The position numbers and the translations under genes are program-made. Of a stretch of 56,676 nucleotides of DNA, positions 12,532-22,106 are shown one piece after another. This DNA is from Patescibacteria group bacterium (GTDB lineage: Bacteria > Patescibacteriota > JACMRA01): positions 1 to 56,676 of the forward strand of contig JBCDGH010000003.1 in NCBI GenBank assembly GCA_038751365.1, read 5' to 3'. The stretch's first letter is position 1. Each line of letters starts with the position of its first letter. The notes below the pieces were generated by a model. It searched no databases. It was not told the DNA's origin and was given only the letters and a program-made list of their open reading frames with translations.

Positions 12532-12957
12532 CTACCTAAACCCCATAGACATTTCTAGCTCAGACTCTACAGCTTTTAGCTCTAGATTTTCGACCTTATT
12601 AGTTATGAAGAGGTTGATTATAGAGTCAAGTAATTCTACATCACAACCCTCTTGATAGTATTTTAGTATTAGCTTATTTAACTGAGCGAACTTCAAGTAA
12701 TCTGAGTATTTGTACATTCTTACTAAAGTTTTAGTTTCTACTATTTCTTTCAAAATCCAGTTCTTTTTGGTTTTTATAGCATCAATTAGAATCAAATTAG
12801 AGCTATTAAGAAGATGTTTATATTTATACTCAGAAATACGCACTGGGAGCTTTATTGCGTCAAAATGAAAACTGCTTAGGTATTTTAAATAACTAAAACC
12901 TAACACTTCATCAGTATAAACAGATAAAGGTAAAATCCAGATTGATTTAGCTTCCAT
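12532..12957 (-). CDS. hypothetical protein, possibly a highly divergent truncated RecO
   Basis: KYKHLLNSSNLILIDAIKTKKNWILKEIVETKTL and terminal ESELEMSMGF loosely follow the RecO OB-fold and helical pattern. Confidence 0.4.
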   Translation of the reverse strand: MEAKSIWILPLSVYTDEVLGFSYLKYLSSFHFDAIKLPVRISEYKYKHLLNSSNLILIDAIKTKKNWILKEIVETKTLVRMYKYSDYLKFAQLNKLILKYYQEGCDVELLDSIINLFITNKVENLELKAVESELEMSMGFR

Positions 12958-13005
12958 AATGCTTGCTACAAAAAAATTTATATGGTATCATTTATGATGT
13001 AATCT

Positions 13006-13539
13006 ATGTTCACACGAGTTTTCTCAAAAAAATATTGGATTGTATTAGTAACTCTTACTACGAGCATAGCCGCTGTATCTGTATTCTCTTACTTATTAGT
13101 AGCTAGCAGTCAACAGAAAAACCAAGCTTTTGCTAACAGCTATACTAGAGAACAAATTATAACTGCTGTAAATAGTCGAAGGATCGACTCTAACTTAAAA
13201 CCTTTAATTCAAAACTCTAAACTAAATAGATCAGCGCAAGCTAAATCAGACGATATGATAAATTCTAACCCAAGCTATTTTTCTCATATCAGCCCAACAA
13301 ACAAAAAATGGTCAGATTTTATTATTGAAAGTGGCTATGACTATAAGACAGCGGGAGAAAATTTAGCAAATGGGTATGACTCAGTGAATATAATGGTTGA
13401 CTCTTGGATGCAATCACCATCACATAAAGAAAACATACTAAATAGTGGAGTAGAAGACACTGGAGTAGGGATATCTTATGGTAAACTAGATCAAAAACCT
13501 ACTATATTTGTTACTCAGCACTTTGGTAATCTTAACTAA
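13006..13539 (+). CDS. CAP (SCP) domain secreted/membrane protein
   Basis: N-terminal TM; SAQAKSDDM, YFSH, AGENLA, WMQSPSHKENIL. Confidence 0.93.
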   Translation: MFTRVFSKKYWIVLVTLTTSIAAVSVFSYLLVASSQQKNQAFANSYTREQIITAVNSRRIDSNLKPLIQNSKLNRSAQAKSDDMINSNPSYFSHISPTNKKWSDFIIESGYDYKTAGENLANGYDSVNIMVDSWMQSPSHKENILNSGVEDTGVGISYGKLDQKPTIFVTQHFGNLN

Positions 13540-14630
13540 GTCACGATTTTTGGCGAGTAATCAGAATCTTCAAGTGTTTTTAAACTTAGAACCATGTCTA
13601 AAAGATCGCCAGCTAAGCGTATATTAACACCTCTTCTACCAACAGCTAGTGAAGCAACGTCAGGATAACAGTAAACATCTGCTGTCTTTCTATCTTCTGA
13701 TATCTCTACACGTTCTATTTCTGCAGGCTCTAAAGCGTCCGTTATCATTAATTCTAAGTCGTCAGGTCGATTCTCAATGATATCAATTTTTTCTTGCAAA
13801 GTGGTCGTGATTTCGCGCATCACGTTCATAATTCGAACATTTTTCCTACCTAAGATTGTACCCACAGGATCTACGCTTTCATCTTCATTAGCAGAAACTA
13901 AAATCTTACTTCTACTACCAGGTTCTCTAACAATCTTATCAATAGTGACTATACCTGCCTCTACCTCAGGAATCTCATTAGCTATGATAGCCTTAATAAA
14001 ATCAATATGTGATCTTGACAGCACAATGCGAGAATTCCCGTGAGCGTCCTCAGTTATATCTAAAATAATTGCTTTAACAACTTGACCAGGCTTGAATTTA
14101 TCTATTGGTAATAGATTTTCTCGGCTAATAAAACCAGTAGTTTGAGCTAACTTCACTGAATAACCCCCTTTCTTATAAAAATCTACCTCGACACTAACTA
14201 CCTCTCCAATCTTATCTTTGAATTGCTGCAGTACTTTAGTATGCCTGGCACTATTAATTGATTGAAACATCACTTGCCTAGCAACCTGCGCAGCAATTCT
14301 ACCAAATTCAATTTCTTGATCAATAACAACTTCACTTCTTAATACGTCACCTACTTGCGCACTAGGATCTGTGAGCTTGGCGTCAATTAAGTTAATCTCT
14401 CTACCAGGGTTTAGCAGTTCTTCAACTACAGTAATAGTTTCATATACAGAATATTTGCCTGAAATATCGTTAAACTTAGCCTCGTATGCTTTTTCTTTAT
14501 CACCAAGCTCTTTTCTATAGGCACTAGCAATAGCAACTTCAATCGCCTTAATAACTTCTTCAGCTTCTAGCCCTCGTTCTATACAAATTAGCTCAATTTG
14601 CTGTTTTAAATCATCTGAATTTAGAGACAT
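13536..14630 (-). CDS. nusA: transcription termination/antitermination factor NusA
   Basis: FGRIAAQVARQV, REPGSRSKILV, VDPVG, SLAVGRRGVNIRLA. Confidence 0.96.
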   Translation of the reverse strand: MSLNSDDLKQQIELICIERGLEAEEVIKAIEVAIASAYRKELGDKEKAYEAKFNDISGKYSVYETITVVEELLNPGREINLIDAKLTDPSAQVGDVLRSEVVIDQEIEFGRIAAQVARQVMFQSINSARHTKVLQQFKDKIGEVVSVEVDFYKKGGYSVKLAQTTGFISRENLLPIDKFKPGQVVKAIILDITEDAHGNSRIVLSRSHIDFIKAIIANEIPEVEAGIVTIDKIVREPGSRSKILVSANEDESVDPVGTILGRKNVRIMNVMREITTTLQEKIDIIENRPDDLELMITDALEPAEIERVEISEDRKTADVYCYPDVASLAVGRRGVNIRLAGDLLDMVLSLKTLEDSDYSPKIVT

Positions 14631-14655
14631 ATAATAAATTTAATATTGTTAGAGT

Positions 14656-14676
14656 AAAAAAGCTCCGCGGGTGAGC
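14656..14676 (-). terminator. terminator-like hairpin in the nusA leader (candidate attenuator)
   Basis: minus strand GCTC-ACCCGCG-GAGC-TTTTTT, located between TTGACA (14719-14724, minus strand) and the nusA ATG. Confidence 0.5.
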
Positions 14677-14738
14677 GAAACTATCTATGCTAGTAACAGA
14701 GCATAATTTACTCACTTTTGTCAATTTACTAGTTATTG

Positions 14739-16286
14739 CTATCTAGCTGGTAAATACCCTAACGGATCTACACGAACTCCATTTACTTGTACTTCGAAGT
14801 GCAGATGAATTCCTGTTGAATAACCAGTGCGACCCATTTTACCTATCTGCTCTCCTTGACCAACTAACTGACCAGTGGATACGTAGACATGGCTCAAGTG
14901 AGCATATATAGTTACTAGACCATTACCATGATCAACTCTAACAAAATTACCATAACCGCCAGCTTCATAACCTACTCTGACAACACCTTTCTGCACAGAC
15001 TTGACCGGTGGAGCTGAAAAGTTAGCTATATCACAGCCACGGTGTATCCTAGAAAAGCATCTACTAATACTTCCAGTTGTAGGCCATATAAAGCCACTCC
15101 TAACAGTTTTATTACCTGAACTTGGTAGGCTCTCAGAGGGTGCTTTATAGGTAATAGATCTTGCAGCTAAATTCTTATTTCTTCTACTTCGAGCAATTGC
15201 CTGCTTTTGCGATTCCAGCAATTTGTTTCCTTGATCTATTTTGGCAAAATCAGATGTAGGTATCAAAACTAACGCTTCTTTATTAAAACCTGAAGTTTCA
15301 GTGTTGAAAATACTGATATTTTGTTCTTTGATTTTTTCTGCTGGAACAGAGTAAATTTTCTCTAACTTTTGAACAGTAGTATCATCCTGAGCATTAAAAA
15401 TGTACCCATCAACCCAAGGAATATATATTTTTTGACCCACTTCTAATTCTTCTTTAACATCGTTATTTAACTTTATAGTTTCAGGATTTAGACCAAATCT
15501 ATAGGCTACTTGTTGAAGACTATCACCATCTTGTACTTGGTACTTTGTTATTGCTTGAATTTGAGGTACGTCACTACTTACATATGGTGTAGCTAAAGCT
15601 GTCACTTTAGTATTACCGTCTATAAGAGGTAAATTTGACGATAGACTGTAGTTATCAATGAACTTAGATAGAAAGCTATTGGGAGTATTCGACAAATTAC
15701 TAAAGGCAGCACTATAATTCAAAAAACCAATAACAAAAAATACAACCCATGCTAAGTAAAACTTCTTGCTTACTTCTAGAACCAAACTCATTAGCCTCAG
15801 GGCTTTTTTTACCAAACTCTTGATGTCTAGCCTTACCTCCAACCACCATAGCTCGCGACCTTGAGAAGTTGAAAAAACTCTTATCAAATTCGCTAGCTTA
15901 TTTTGGATACCACTATATCTTTCAGGTAGTAGTAAAACTTGACCATAGGCTGATACGATAGCGGTGTAAGCTTGGTAAACAGTATTATGTATAACAGTAT
16001 TCAAAAAGCTTAGTAGGCACACCAGAAAAGTTCTACTTAAGACTACCAAGTTAGTTAAACCTTCCCAGGAGGTGACTATAACATTAGTAAGCTCTTTGGA
16101 AGACAGGTAGATAGGTAGTATATCTCCAAAAAGCGATACCGCCCTACTCACAGAGTTAGAGTCTATCAAGATAAAGTTAGGTTGATACAAGTAGCCTGAT
16201 GCTTTAGTACTTGTTTTCAACAGATTTTTTCCGAATTCTAAATTATTATATTTAGCTGTAGGATTTGAGATGAACTCAAAAGACAT
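14739..16286 (-). CDS. LysM + M23 metallopeptidase, membrane anchored
   Basis: YQVQDGDSLQQVAYRFGL (LysM); HRGCDIA, YAHL, STGIHLHFEV (M23). Confidence 0.93.
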   Translation of the reverse strand: MSFEFISNPTAKYNNLEFGKNLLKTSTKASGYLYQPNFILIDSNSVSRAVSLFGDILPIYLSSKELTNVIVTSWEGLTNLVVLSRTFLVCLLSFLNTVIHNTVYQAYTAIVSAYGQVLLLPERYSGIQNKLANLIRVFSTSQGRELWWLEVRLDIKSLVKKALRLMSLVLEVSKKFYLAWVVFFVIGFLNYSAAFSNLSNTPNSFLSKFIDNYSLSSNLPLIDGNTKVTALATPYVSSDVPQIQAITKYQVQDGDSLQQVAYRFGLNPETIKLNNDVKEELEVGQKIYIPWVDGYIFNAQDDTTVQKLEKIYSVPAEKIKEQNISIFNTETSGFNKEALVLIPTSDFAKIDQGNKLLESQKQAIARSRRNKNLAARSITYKAPSESLPSSGNKTVRSGFIWPTTGSISRCFSRIHRGCDIANFSAPPVKSVQKGVVRVGYEAGGYGNFVRVDHGNGLVTIYAHLSHVYVSTGQLVGQGEQIGKMGRTGYSTGIHLHFEVQVNGVRVDPLGYLPAR

Positions 16287-16358
16287 ATCTAGTTTGTTAA
16301 GCTAATAGCTGAACTTAATACTCAGCAAATTCTATTTAATGTTGAATAAGTTGTCAAA

Positions 16359-17150
16359 CTACAACCAGCTTTGCTGCCACATTCGTATCTGCTGGTGATT
16401 ACCAGACAAGAGTATATCGGGCACTTTCCACCCTTTCCAATCATATGGACGTGTATATTGAGGATGTTCTATTTTTGGCATAATGCTTTTTACCCAGTAA
16501 GAGTTATCAAATAAATTCCGGTCTCTCTCATGGTACTTGTCCGAAATTTTTGAAAATGAATCGTTATGGATTACACTCGGCTTCGTAACAAACCCAGGTA
16601 AAAGTCGCGAAACAGCTTCAACTAACGACATGGCTGCCACCTCGCCACCATTTAACACATAGTCACCTATTGATAATTCTAAATCTACACAATTACTCAA
16701 CCTCGCATCAAACCCTTCATACCTTCCACATAAAATATTCAGCTCTTTAAAACCACTCAGCCATTTAGAAGTACTTTGATTGAAGGGAAAACCTCTCGGC
16801 GTTAACATTATAGTAGCTTTCTCTACCTTATTATTAGCTAAACATTTACTATAAAACAATGAATTATTAGGTAAGTAGCTAACATTGGCTTGAGATTCAT
16901 TTTCAAACATTGTAGACACTGCTTCGTAGTGACTTAAGGCATCAAACACAGGATCTGCCTTTAAAACCATACCTGCACCGCCTCCATAAGGTCTATCATC
17001 GACTTGACGATAATTTCCAACTCCATAATCTTCTCTCCAATTACAGAAATCAAAGTTAATAATATTTTCACTTATTGCTCGAGCGATCAAGCTATGTTTT
17101 ATAAAGGATTCAAAGATGCCAGGGTGTAAAGTAAATATTCTATATAGCAC
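16359..17150 (-). CDS. trmD: tRNA (guanine37-N1)-methyltransferase
   Basis: VDDRPYGGGAGMVL, LCGRYEGFDAR, SIGDYVLNGGE, EHPQYTRP, LLSGNH. Confidence 0.97.
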   Translation of the reverse strand: MLYRIFTLHPGIFESFIKHSLIARAISENIINFDFCNWREDYGVGNYRQVDDRPYGGGAGMVLKADPVFDALSHYEAVSTMFENESQANVSYLPNNSLFYSKCLANNKVEKATIMLTPRGFPFNQSTSKWLSGFKELNILCGRYEGFDARLSNCVDLELSIGDYVLNGGEVAAMSLVEAVSRLLPGFVTKPSVIHNDSFSKISDKYHERDRNLFDNSYWVKSIMPKIEHPQYTRPYDWKGWKVPDILLSGNHQQIRMWQQSWL

Positions 17151-17209
17151 TAGACAACAAATTTAAAGATAATCACAATTTTGCCTAGGCAAAGCAAAGC
17201 TGTCAAAAT

Positions 17210-17629
17210 ATGATTTTACTAAGCAGTGACCATGCAGGTTTTGACTTAAAAGAAGCGCTGAAAGGGGAACTCAAAAAACAGAAACTAAAATTTGTGGATC
17301 TATCACCCCTTAGAGAAGATAATGATGATTATCCAGATGTTGCCAAAATTCTCGCCAAAAACATTAAGACGTCAGACTATGGCATAGCTTTATGCGGCAC
17401 TGGTCAAGGAGTCTGTATAGCTTTAAACAGGTTTCCTAATGTCAGAGCGGTTGCAACTACTGAGGTATCTATTCTAAAATTAAGTCGTAGTCATAATGAC
17501 ACTAATGTGCTTTGTTTACCAGGACGGTTTATCACAGCTAGTAAAGCTATTGAATTAATCCTAACTTTTCTTAATACAGAATTTAGTAAAGCTCCAAGAC
17601 ATATTAGAAGATTGCAAAAAATTAGTTAG
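17210..17629 (+). CDS. rpiB: ribose-5-phosphate isomerase B
   Basis: SDHAGFDLK, DYPD, CGTGQG, SHNDTNVLCL, RHIRRL. Confidence 0.95.
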   Translation: MILLSSDHAGFDLKEALKGELKKQKLKFVDLSPLREDNDDYPDVAKILAKNIKTSDYGIALCGTGQGVCIALNRFPNVRAVATTEVSILKLSRSHNDTNVLCLPGRFITASKAIELILTFLNTEFSKAPRHIRRLQKIS

Positions 17630-17668
17630 CTTGACAAGCATAGTTATAAAATGGTTATTCTTAGTAGA

Positions 17669-17743
17669 GGCGCTATCGTCTATCGGCTAGGACGCAGGAT
17701 TCTCATTCCTGTAAGCGGGGTTCGATTCCCCGTAGCGCTACCA
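17669..17743 (+). tRNA. tRNA-Glu(CTC)
   Basis: GGCGCTATCGTCTATCGGCTAGGACGCAGGATTCTCATTCCTG...GGTTCGATTCC...AGCGCTACCA. Confidence 0.95.
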
Positions 17744-17789
17744 ACTTATATTAGGTTTAGTATAAGTAACACATATTCAAGAGTTTTGT

Positions 17790-19487
17790 ATGATTTATCT
17801 TAATGCCACGACTTTGAAAGTAGATTTAATAAGAACCTTAGAGAATGAAGCTGATAAAGCAGATAATCTATACCTAATAATCGACTCATTACCAACTTTT
17901 TTAAACACCCCAATTGCTTTCACAGTATTCAATTATCAGATTAGTAGGTACCCTAGAAAAGTTTACTGGTGGAGCTACAATCCTAGTCTGTTAGAGTTTC
18001 TTAAAGGTTGTACCGCCAACGTCTCTAAACCTGATTCTGCTAGTTATATTCAAGCAAACAAAAATAAGATAATACCCTATAATTCACTTTCTCCAGTAGC
18101 CTATGATAAGCAAAATGAGTCTGAGAACACGCTGTCTGCCAAAGACATAATGAGTGAGAATAAATACCAACCTCTAAATCTAATCCACGATCATAATTAC
18201 GTACATAACCCGGAAGAAACTTACTCCGAAGAAAAACAGGATTCATTGCCCGAAACTCAACTTGCTATAGATGAATCCCAAAACTTTGATACTTGGATAC
18301 AGAAAATTGAAGCCACAAAGAATGCTCTCTCGAGCTTAAAGATCAGCGATGCTACAGAAAATAAAGTAGTTTATAACAACAGAAGTTCTGCTAAGTTGTT
18401 TAGAATACTCACCCTATCTCTTATTTTAAGCCTGTCCTTTGCTTTAAGTATTGTTTTACTACCTGCAAAAGTATACACAATTGAGCTAGGCGCAGCAACC
18501 GAAGAAAGTAGTTCAAAACTTGAATTAGATATAAACGAATTTACCAAATCAACACATGTATTATCTGCGAATGCTGAAATCAAGCCACGAGGTACTAAAG
18601 AAGTTCCGACTGACCTCTCTATCGGTAAAGTAAGCCTATTCAATGATGGAAATAGACCAGTAAACTTAGATAATGGACTCTTTAGACTTGTGATTGATGA
18701 GAAGTATTACCAAGTCTTACCAGACTCAACTATACCCAAATCTTTTGCAATACCTCCCAAGACAGAAAGAGATGAGGATCTGAACTTTAGAATTCAAGCC
18801 CTAAACCCTGGAGATGAATACAATCTACCTGCAGATACGCGTTTTGATATAGTTAATTTGCAAGGAACTGGACGAAAAGTCTGCTCAGGATGCTACGCAA
18901 TCAGTACGACGGAAATTAAAAATTCTACTTTGAGTGGTGAGAATATTGTAACTGAGTATGACCAGTCATTTATAACCCAAAGCGTAGAAGCTAAACTTGC
19001 CCAACAAAGATCAAGCTTAATCAAAGATATACAAAAGGCTGAAGTTTTTACTGATGAAAATTGGTACAAGCATACTGAATCAAAATACAACTTTAGTCAT
19101 TCCTTAAATGAATCAACTGAGCTGCTGACCCTCGAAGCAGGTGTAACTACAAACATATATTACCTTACAAGAGTCCAGATCGAAGAGCAGCTAAAATCTA
19201 CGAATCAAGAGATTAATTCCTTTGGTGAGATATTTATTACCGAAATTGAGAATAACCCTCGTAATTCAGATTTAATAAAAGTCACTATCTTTTTTACATA
19301 CGAAACTGAAAACACATGTTTAGATAAACAAAAGTTTGTTTCTGAGTTATCTAAAGATAGTTTTGAAGAAGCCAAAAAGCAAATTTTGATTGATTGTCCC
19401 GAAGTTCTAAATATTGAAAGGAAAGATATTGGTCTTAATGTTCCTGGAGTTCCACAGAGGATTGACTTGAATGTCACTTCAAGCTAG
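17790..19487 (+). CDS. CPR-type baseplate J/gp47-like single-pass membrane protein
   Basis: N-terminal alpha/beta domain, low-complexity linker, one TM (ILTLSLILSLSFALSIVLLP), then GKVSLFN and IQALNPGDEYNLPA typical of baseplate-J-like domains. Confidence 0.6.
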   Translation: MIYLNATTLKVDLIRTLENEADKADNLYLIIDSLPTFLNTPIAFTVFNYQISRYPRKVYWWSYNPSLLEFLKGCTANVSKPDSASYIQANKNKIIPYNSLSPVAYDKQNESENTLSAKDIMSENKYQPLNLIHDHNYVHNPEETYSEEKQDSLPETQLAIDESQNFDTWIQKIEATKNALSSLKISDATENKVVYNNRSSAKLFRILTLSLILSLSFALSIVLLPAKVYTIELGAATEESSSKLELDINEFTKSTHVLSANAEIKPRGTKEVPTDLSIGKVSLFNDGNRPVNLDNGLFRLVIDEKYYQVLPDSTIPKSFAIPPKTERDEDLNFRIQALNPGDEYNLPADTRFDIVNLQGTGRKVCSGCYAISTTEIKNSTLSGENIVTEYDQSFITQSVEAKLAQQRSSLIKDIQKAEVFTDENWYKHTESKYNFSHSLNESTELLTLEAGVTTNIYYLTRVQIEEQLKSTNQEINSFGEIFITEIENNPRNSDLIKVTIFFTYETENTCLDKQKFVSELSKDSFEEAKKQILIDCPEVLNIERKDIGLNVPGVPQRIDLNVTSS

Positions 19488-19509
19488 CTTGTTTAAAGTG
19501 TAATAATAT

Positions 19510-20592
19510 ATGAAAGATATTGATCATAACGATTGTAGGCAGCTTATTGAGGATGTGGAATTATTTTTGAATGAAGAGGATAATGAAATTAAATCTATTA
19601 AAGAGCAGTCTACAGATCTTGAAAAGCAGCTTGCAGACCCTGATATCTGGAGCCGACCAACTAAAGCAGGGCAACTAAATAAAGAACTAACTGCCTATAA
19701 ATTAAGATTGAGTAGATTTGAAGACCTAAGCTTGGGCATAAATAACTTGAAGGCTGCTCTGGAGCTTGATGATAAAAACGAGGAGGAATCCATCTACTTT
19801 CGATTACACAAGAATTTTAAAGACTTACAAAATGAGCAGTTTTTAAATGGTAAGTTTGATAAGCAAGATGCTCAACTTTCTATACATGCCGGTGCAGGAG
19901 GAATCGATGCTCAAGACTGGGCAGCTATGCTGTGTGCGATGTACCAAAGCTTTAGCACCAAACAAGATTGGAACTGGGAGATTGTACATATTTCAGCAGG
20001 TGAAGAAGGTGGTCTCAAATCAGCTACTCTAAACATAAGAGGTATAAACACTTACGGTTATTTAAAGGAGGAGGCAGGAGTGCACAGGCTGGTGAGAATA
20101 TCCCCTTTCAATTCTGGAAAAACCAGAGAAACTTCCTTTGCACTAGTAGAAGTGTTGCCAATGAGTGTGCACGATTCGGTTAAAATTGCAGAAATTCAAG
20201 AAAAAGATCTAAAATGGGAATATTCCATGTCTTCGGGTAAAGGTGGGCAAAGTGTCAATACTACTTATTCAGCAGTCAGACTAGTTCACCTACCTACTGG
20301 CTTAAGCGTAACCTGTCAAAATGAAAGAAGTCAGCTACAAAACAAACACCAAGCGCTTAAGTACTTGAAAAATAAACTAGCTGTACTTGAAATTAAAAAA
20401 AACCAAGAACTACAGAATGAAATCAAAGGTCACTTTGTCTCTGCTCAGTGGGGAAGTCAGATAAGAAGCTATACCCTTCACCCATATAAACTACTTAAGG
20501 ATCATCGAAGTGGTTTTGAGTCTAGCGACGTTGAAAAAATTTTGGAAGAAGGTGATCTGTTACCTGTTATATGGTCGGTAAAAACACATTAG
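19510..20592 (+). CDS. prfB: peptide chain release factor 2 (uninterrupted ORF)
   Basis: GAGGIDAQDWA, VHRLVRISPF (SPF motif), GGQ, WGSQIRSY. Confidence 0.96.
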   Translation: MKDIDHNDCRQLIEDVELFLNEEDNEIKSIKEQSTDLEKQLADPDIWSRPTKAGQLNKELTAYKLRLSRFEDLSLGINNLKAALELDDKNEEESIYFRLHKNFKDLQNEQFLNGKFDKQDAQLSIHAGAGGIDAQDWAAMLCAMYQSFSTKQDWNWEIVHISAGEEGGLKSATLNIRGINTYGYLKEEAGVHRLVRISPFNSGKTRETSFALVEVLPMSVHDSVKIAEIQEKDLKWEYSMSSGKGGQSVNTTYSAVRLVHLPTGLSVTCQNERSQLQNKHQALKYLKNKLAVLEIKKNQELQNEIKGHFVSAQWGSQIRSYTLHPYKLLKDHRSGFESSDVEKILEEGDLLPVIWSVKTH

Positions 20593-20647
20593 TTTTGACA
20601 TCACAAATAGAATAAACTACAATGGTAGGGTAAAACAAAAATAAAAT

Positions 20648-22105
20648 ATGTATAACAGTAAATTAGTCTGGTTTAATAAATTGCTTGCCAGTGTTTGGCT
20701 AGTTTCAGTTTTATTTCTTACTCTTGGTGTTAACTATGCCTTTGCTTCGGACATGAGGAATTTGCAAGGAAAATTAGGTCTTTTACGTAGACCCATCGCC
20801 TCAGCTGTTGAGTGGAAAATAGATAGATATATTGATTCCCTATTTAGTCCAGTTCAAGCTAATGCTCAATTTGGAGGTGTAGTGACCTGCGTTAACTGTG
20901 CTACAGAAGCTGGTATGATAGCAGAAAGGCTTGAGGTAACTTTACTAAGAAGTCTTTTAACAGCTTTTGTCAGAACAATTTTAAACTTTATTCAAGACAC
21001 TGTTCTTACCATAATAAGGCAGCTGACAAGCGCCCAAGATCAGTTCAATTTTCTTAGATCAATAGGTCAATATGCTGAACAAGCTGTGCTTCTAGCTTCA
21101 AAACAAGCTTATAATTGTGCTAATAATTCAATAACTAATTGGACCTACAACTTGTTTGGAGACACTCCACCTGACACAGCTCAAGATAACTGCAAATTTG
21201 GAGTAGTTAATGTTGAAAATCCAAATGAAAATGATGTCATTGCTGCAACCCAAGATGTAATAGATCAGTGTGTTGCACTTGCCTATTCAGCTACTCTTCC
21301 GATAGGATGTACTGATACTGAAATCAAACAGCTACAATCGCAATCAGAAGAAGTTTTGAAAGAAAAGCTGCTAAACGAGTGTACTGAAGGTTATACACCT
21401 CCCTTGTTTGAGGAGTTAAGTGGAGCTTATAGTTGTGGAGGATATATAAATGAAGGAATATCTAGGTTTCAGCAAGAAAGTCTGACTAGATCTGAAGAAG
21501 TCGGTCAGGCTGTAAGCCGAAGCTTAGATAGCTTTAATCAATCGATTGGTGATGACGCAGCTTTCATTACTACTGACGCACCAGGATTAACCACAATAAG
21601 TGATAATTCTGCGGAAACCTCAGAGTTTATTGCAAGTCCAGTATATTATCCTACCAGCTTGGATATCTTTGACCCAAATACTAACTCGCTCAACGAAGTT
21701 AGAGTAGGTTTTGCTAAAGACCCTAAAGCTGACGAGCTAATTAACGACTACACAATAGCTGGAATAAACTCTAAACCTGAACCTAGTGGTGAACCTGATA
21801 AAAGTATTATAAATACTATACAAGACTCCTTTAAAGGTTTTCTAGACCAGTTGTTAAATAAATTACAGGAAATGTTGTTCTCATTTTTAAATAATCTTAT
21901 TGCTAAATTAGATGTGGCTACAGGCGGAAGCGGAATATTTTCTAGCTTACTTTCTGATATAACTGGATCAGTAAAAACATATGCGAAAAGCAAAGTGGAT
22001 AGTTTGTATAGAGATATTACCGAGCAGAGACAGGCACTTGTAGACGACCTAGGTCAAAGAAAAGAAGTAATTACCTACGACGATAATGTAACTTTTGTAC
22101 CTTAG
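20648..22105 (+). CDS. Cys-rich secreted/membrane hypothetical protein
   Basis: signal peptide-like N-terminus; QANAQFGGVVTCVNCATE; amphipathic helical segments. Confidence 0.7.
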   Translation: MYNSKLVWFNKLLASVWLVSVLFLTLGVNYAFASDMRNLQGKLGLLRRPIASAVEWKIDRYIDSLFSPVQANAQFGGVVTCVNCATEAGMIAERLEVTLLRSLLTAFVRTILNFIQDTVLTIIRQLTSAQDQFNFLRSIGQYAEQAVLLASKQAYNCANNSITNWTYNLFGDTPPDTAQDNCKFGVVNVENPNENDVIAATQDVIDQCVALAYSATLPIGCTDTEIKQLQSQSEEVLKEKLLNECTEGYTPPLFEELSGAYSCGGYINEGISRFQQESLTRSEEVGQAVSRSLDSFNQSIGDDAAFITTDAPGLTTISDNSAETSEFIASPVYYPTSLDIFDPNTNSLNEVRVGFAKDPKADELINDYTIAGINSKPEPSGEPDKSIINTIQDSFKGFLDQLLNKLQEMLFSFLNNLIAKLDVATGGSGIFSSLLSDITGSVKTYAKSKVDSLYRDITEQRQALVDDLGQRKEVITYDDNVTFVP

Positions 22106-22106
22106 T

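Noticed and set aside
19550-19580. Programmed +1 frameshift in prfB
   Set aside because: The ORF is continuous from ATG 19510; there is no in-frame CTT-TGA with an upstream SD.
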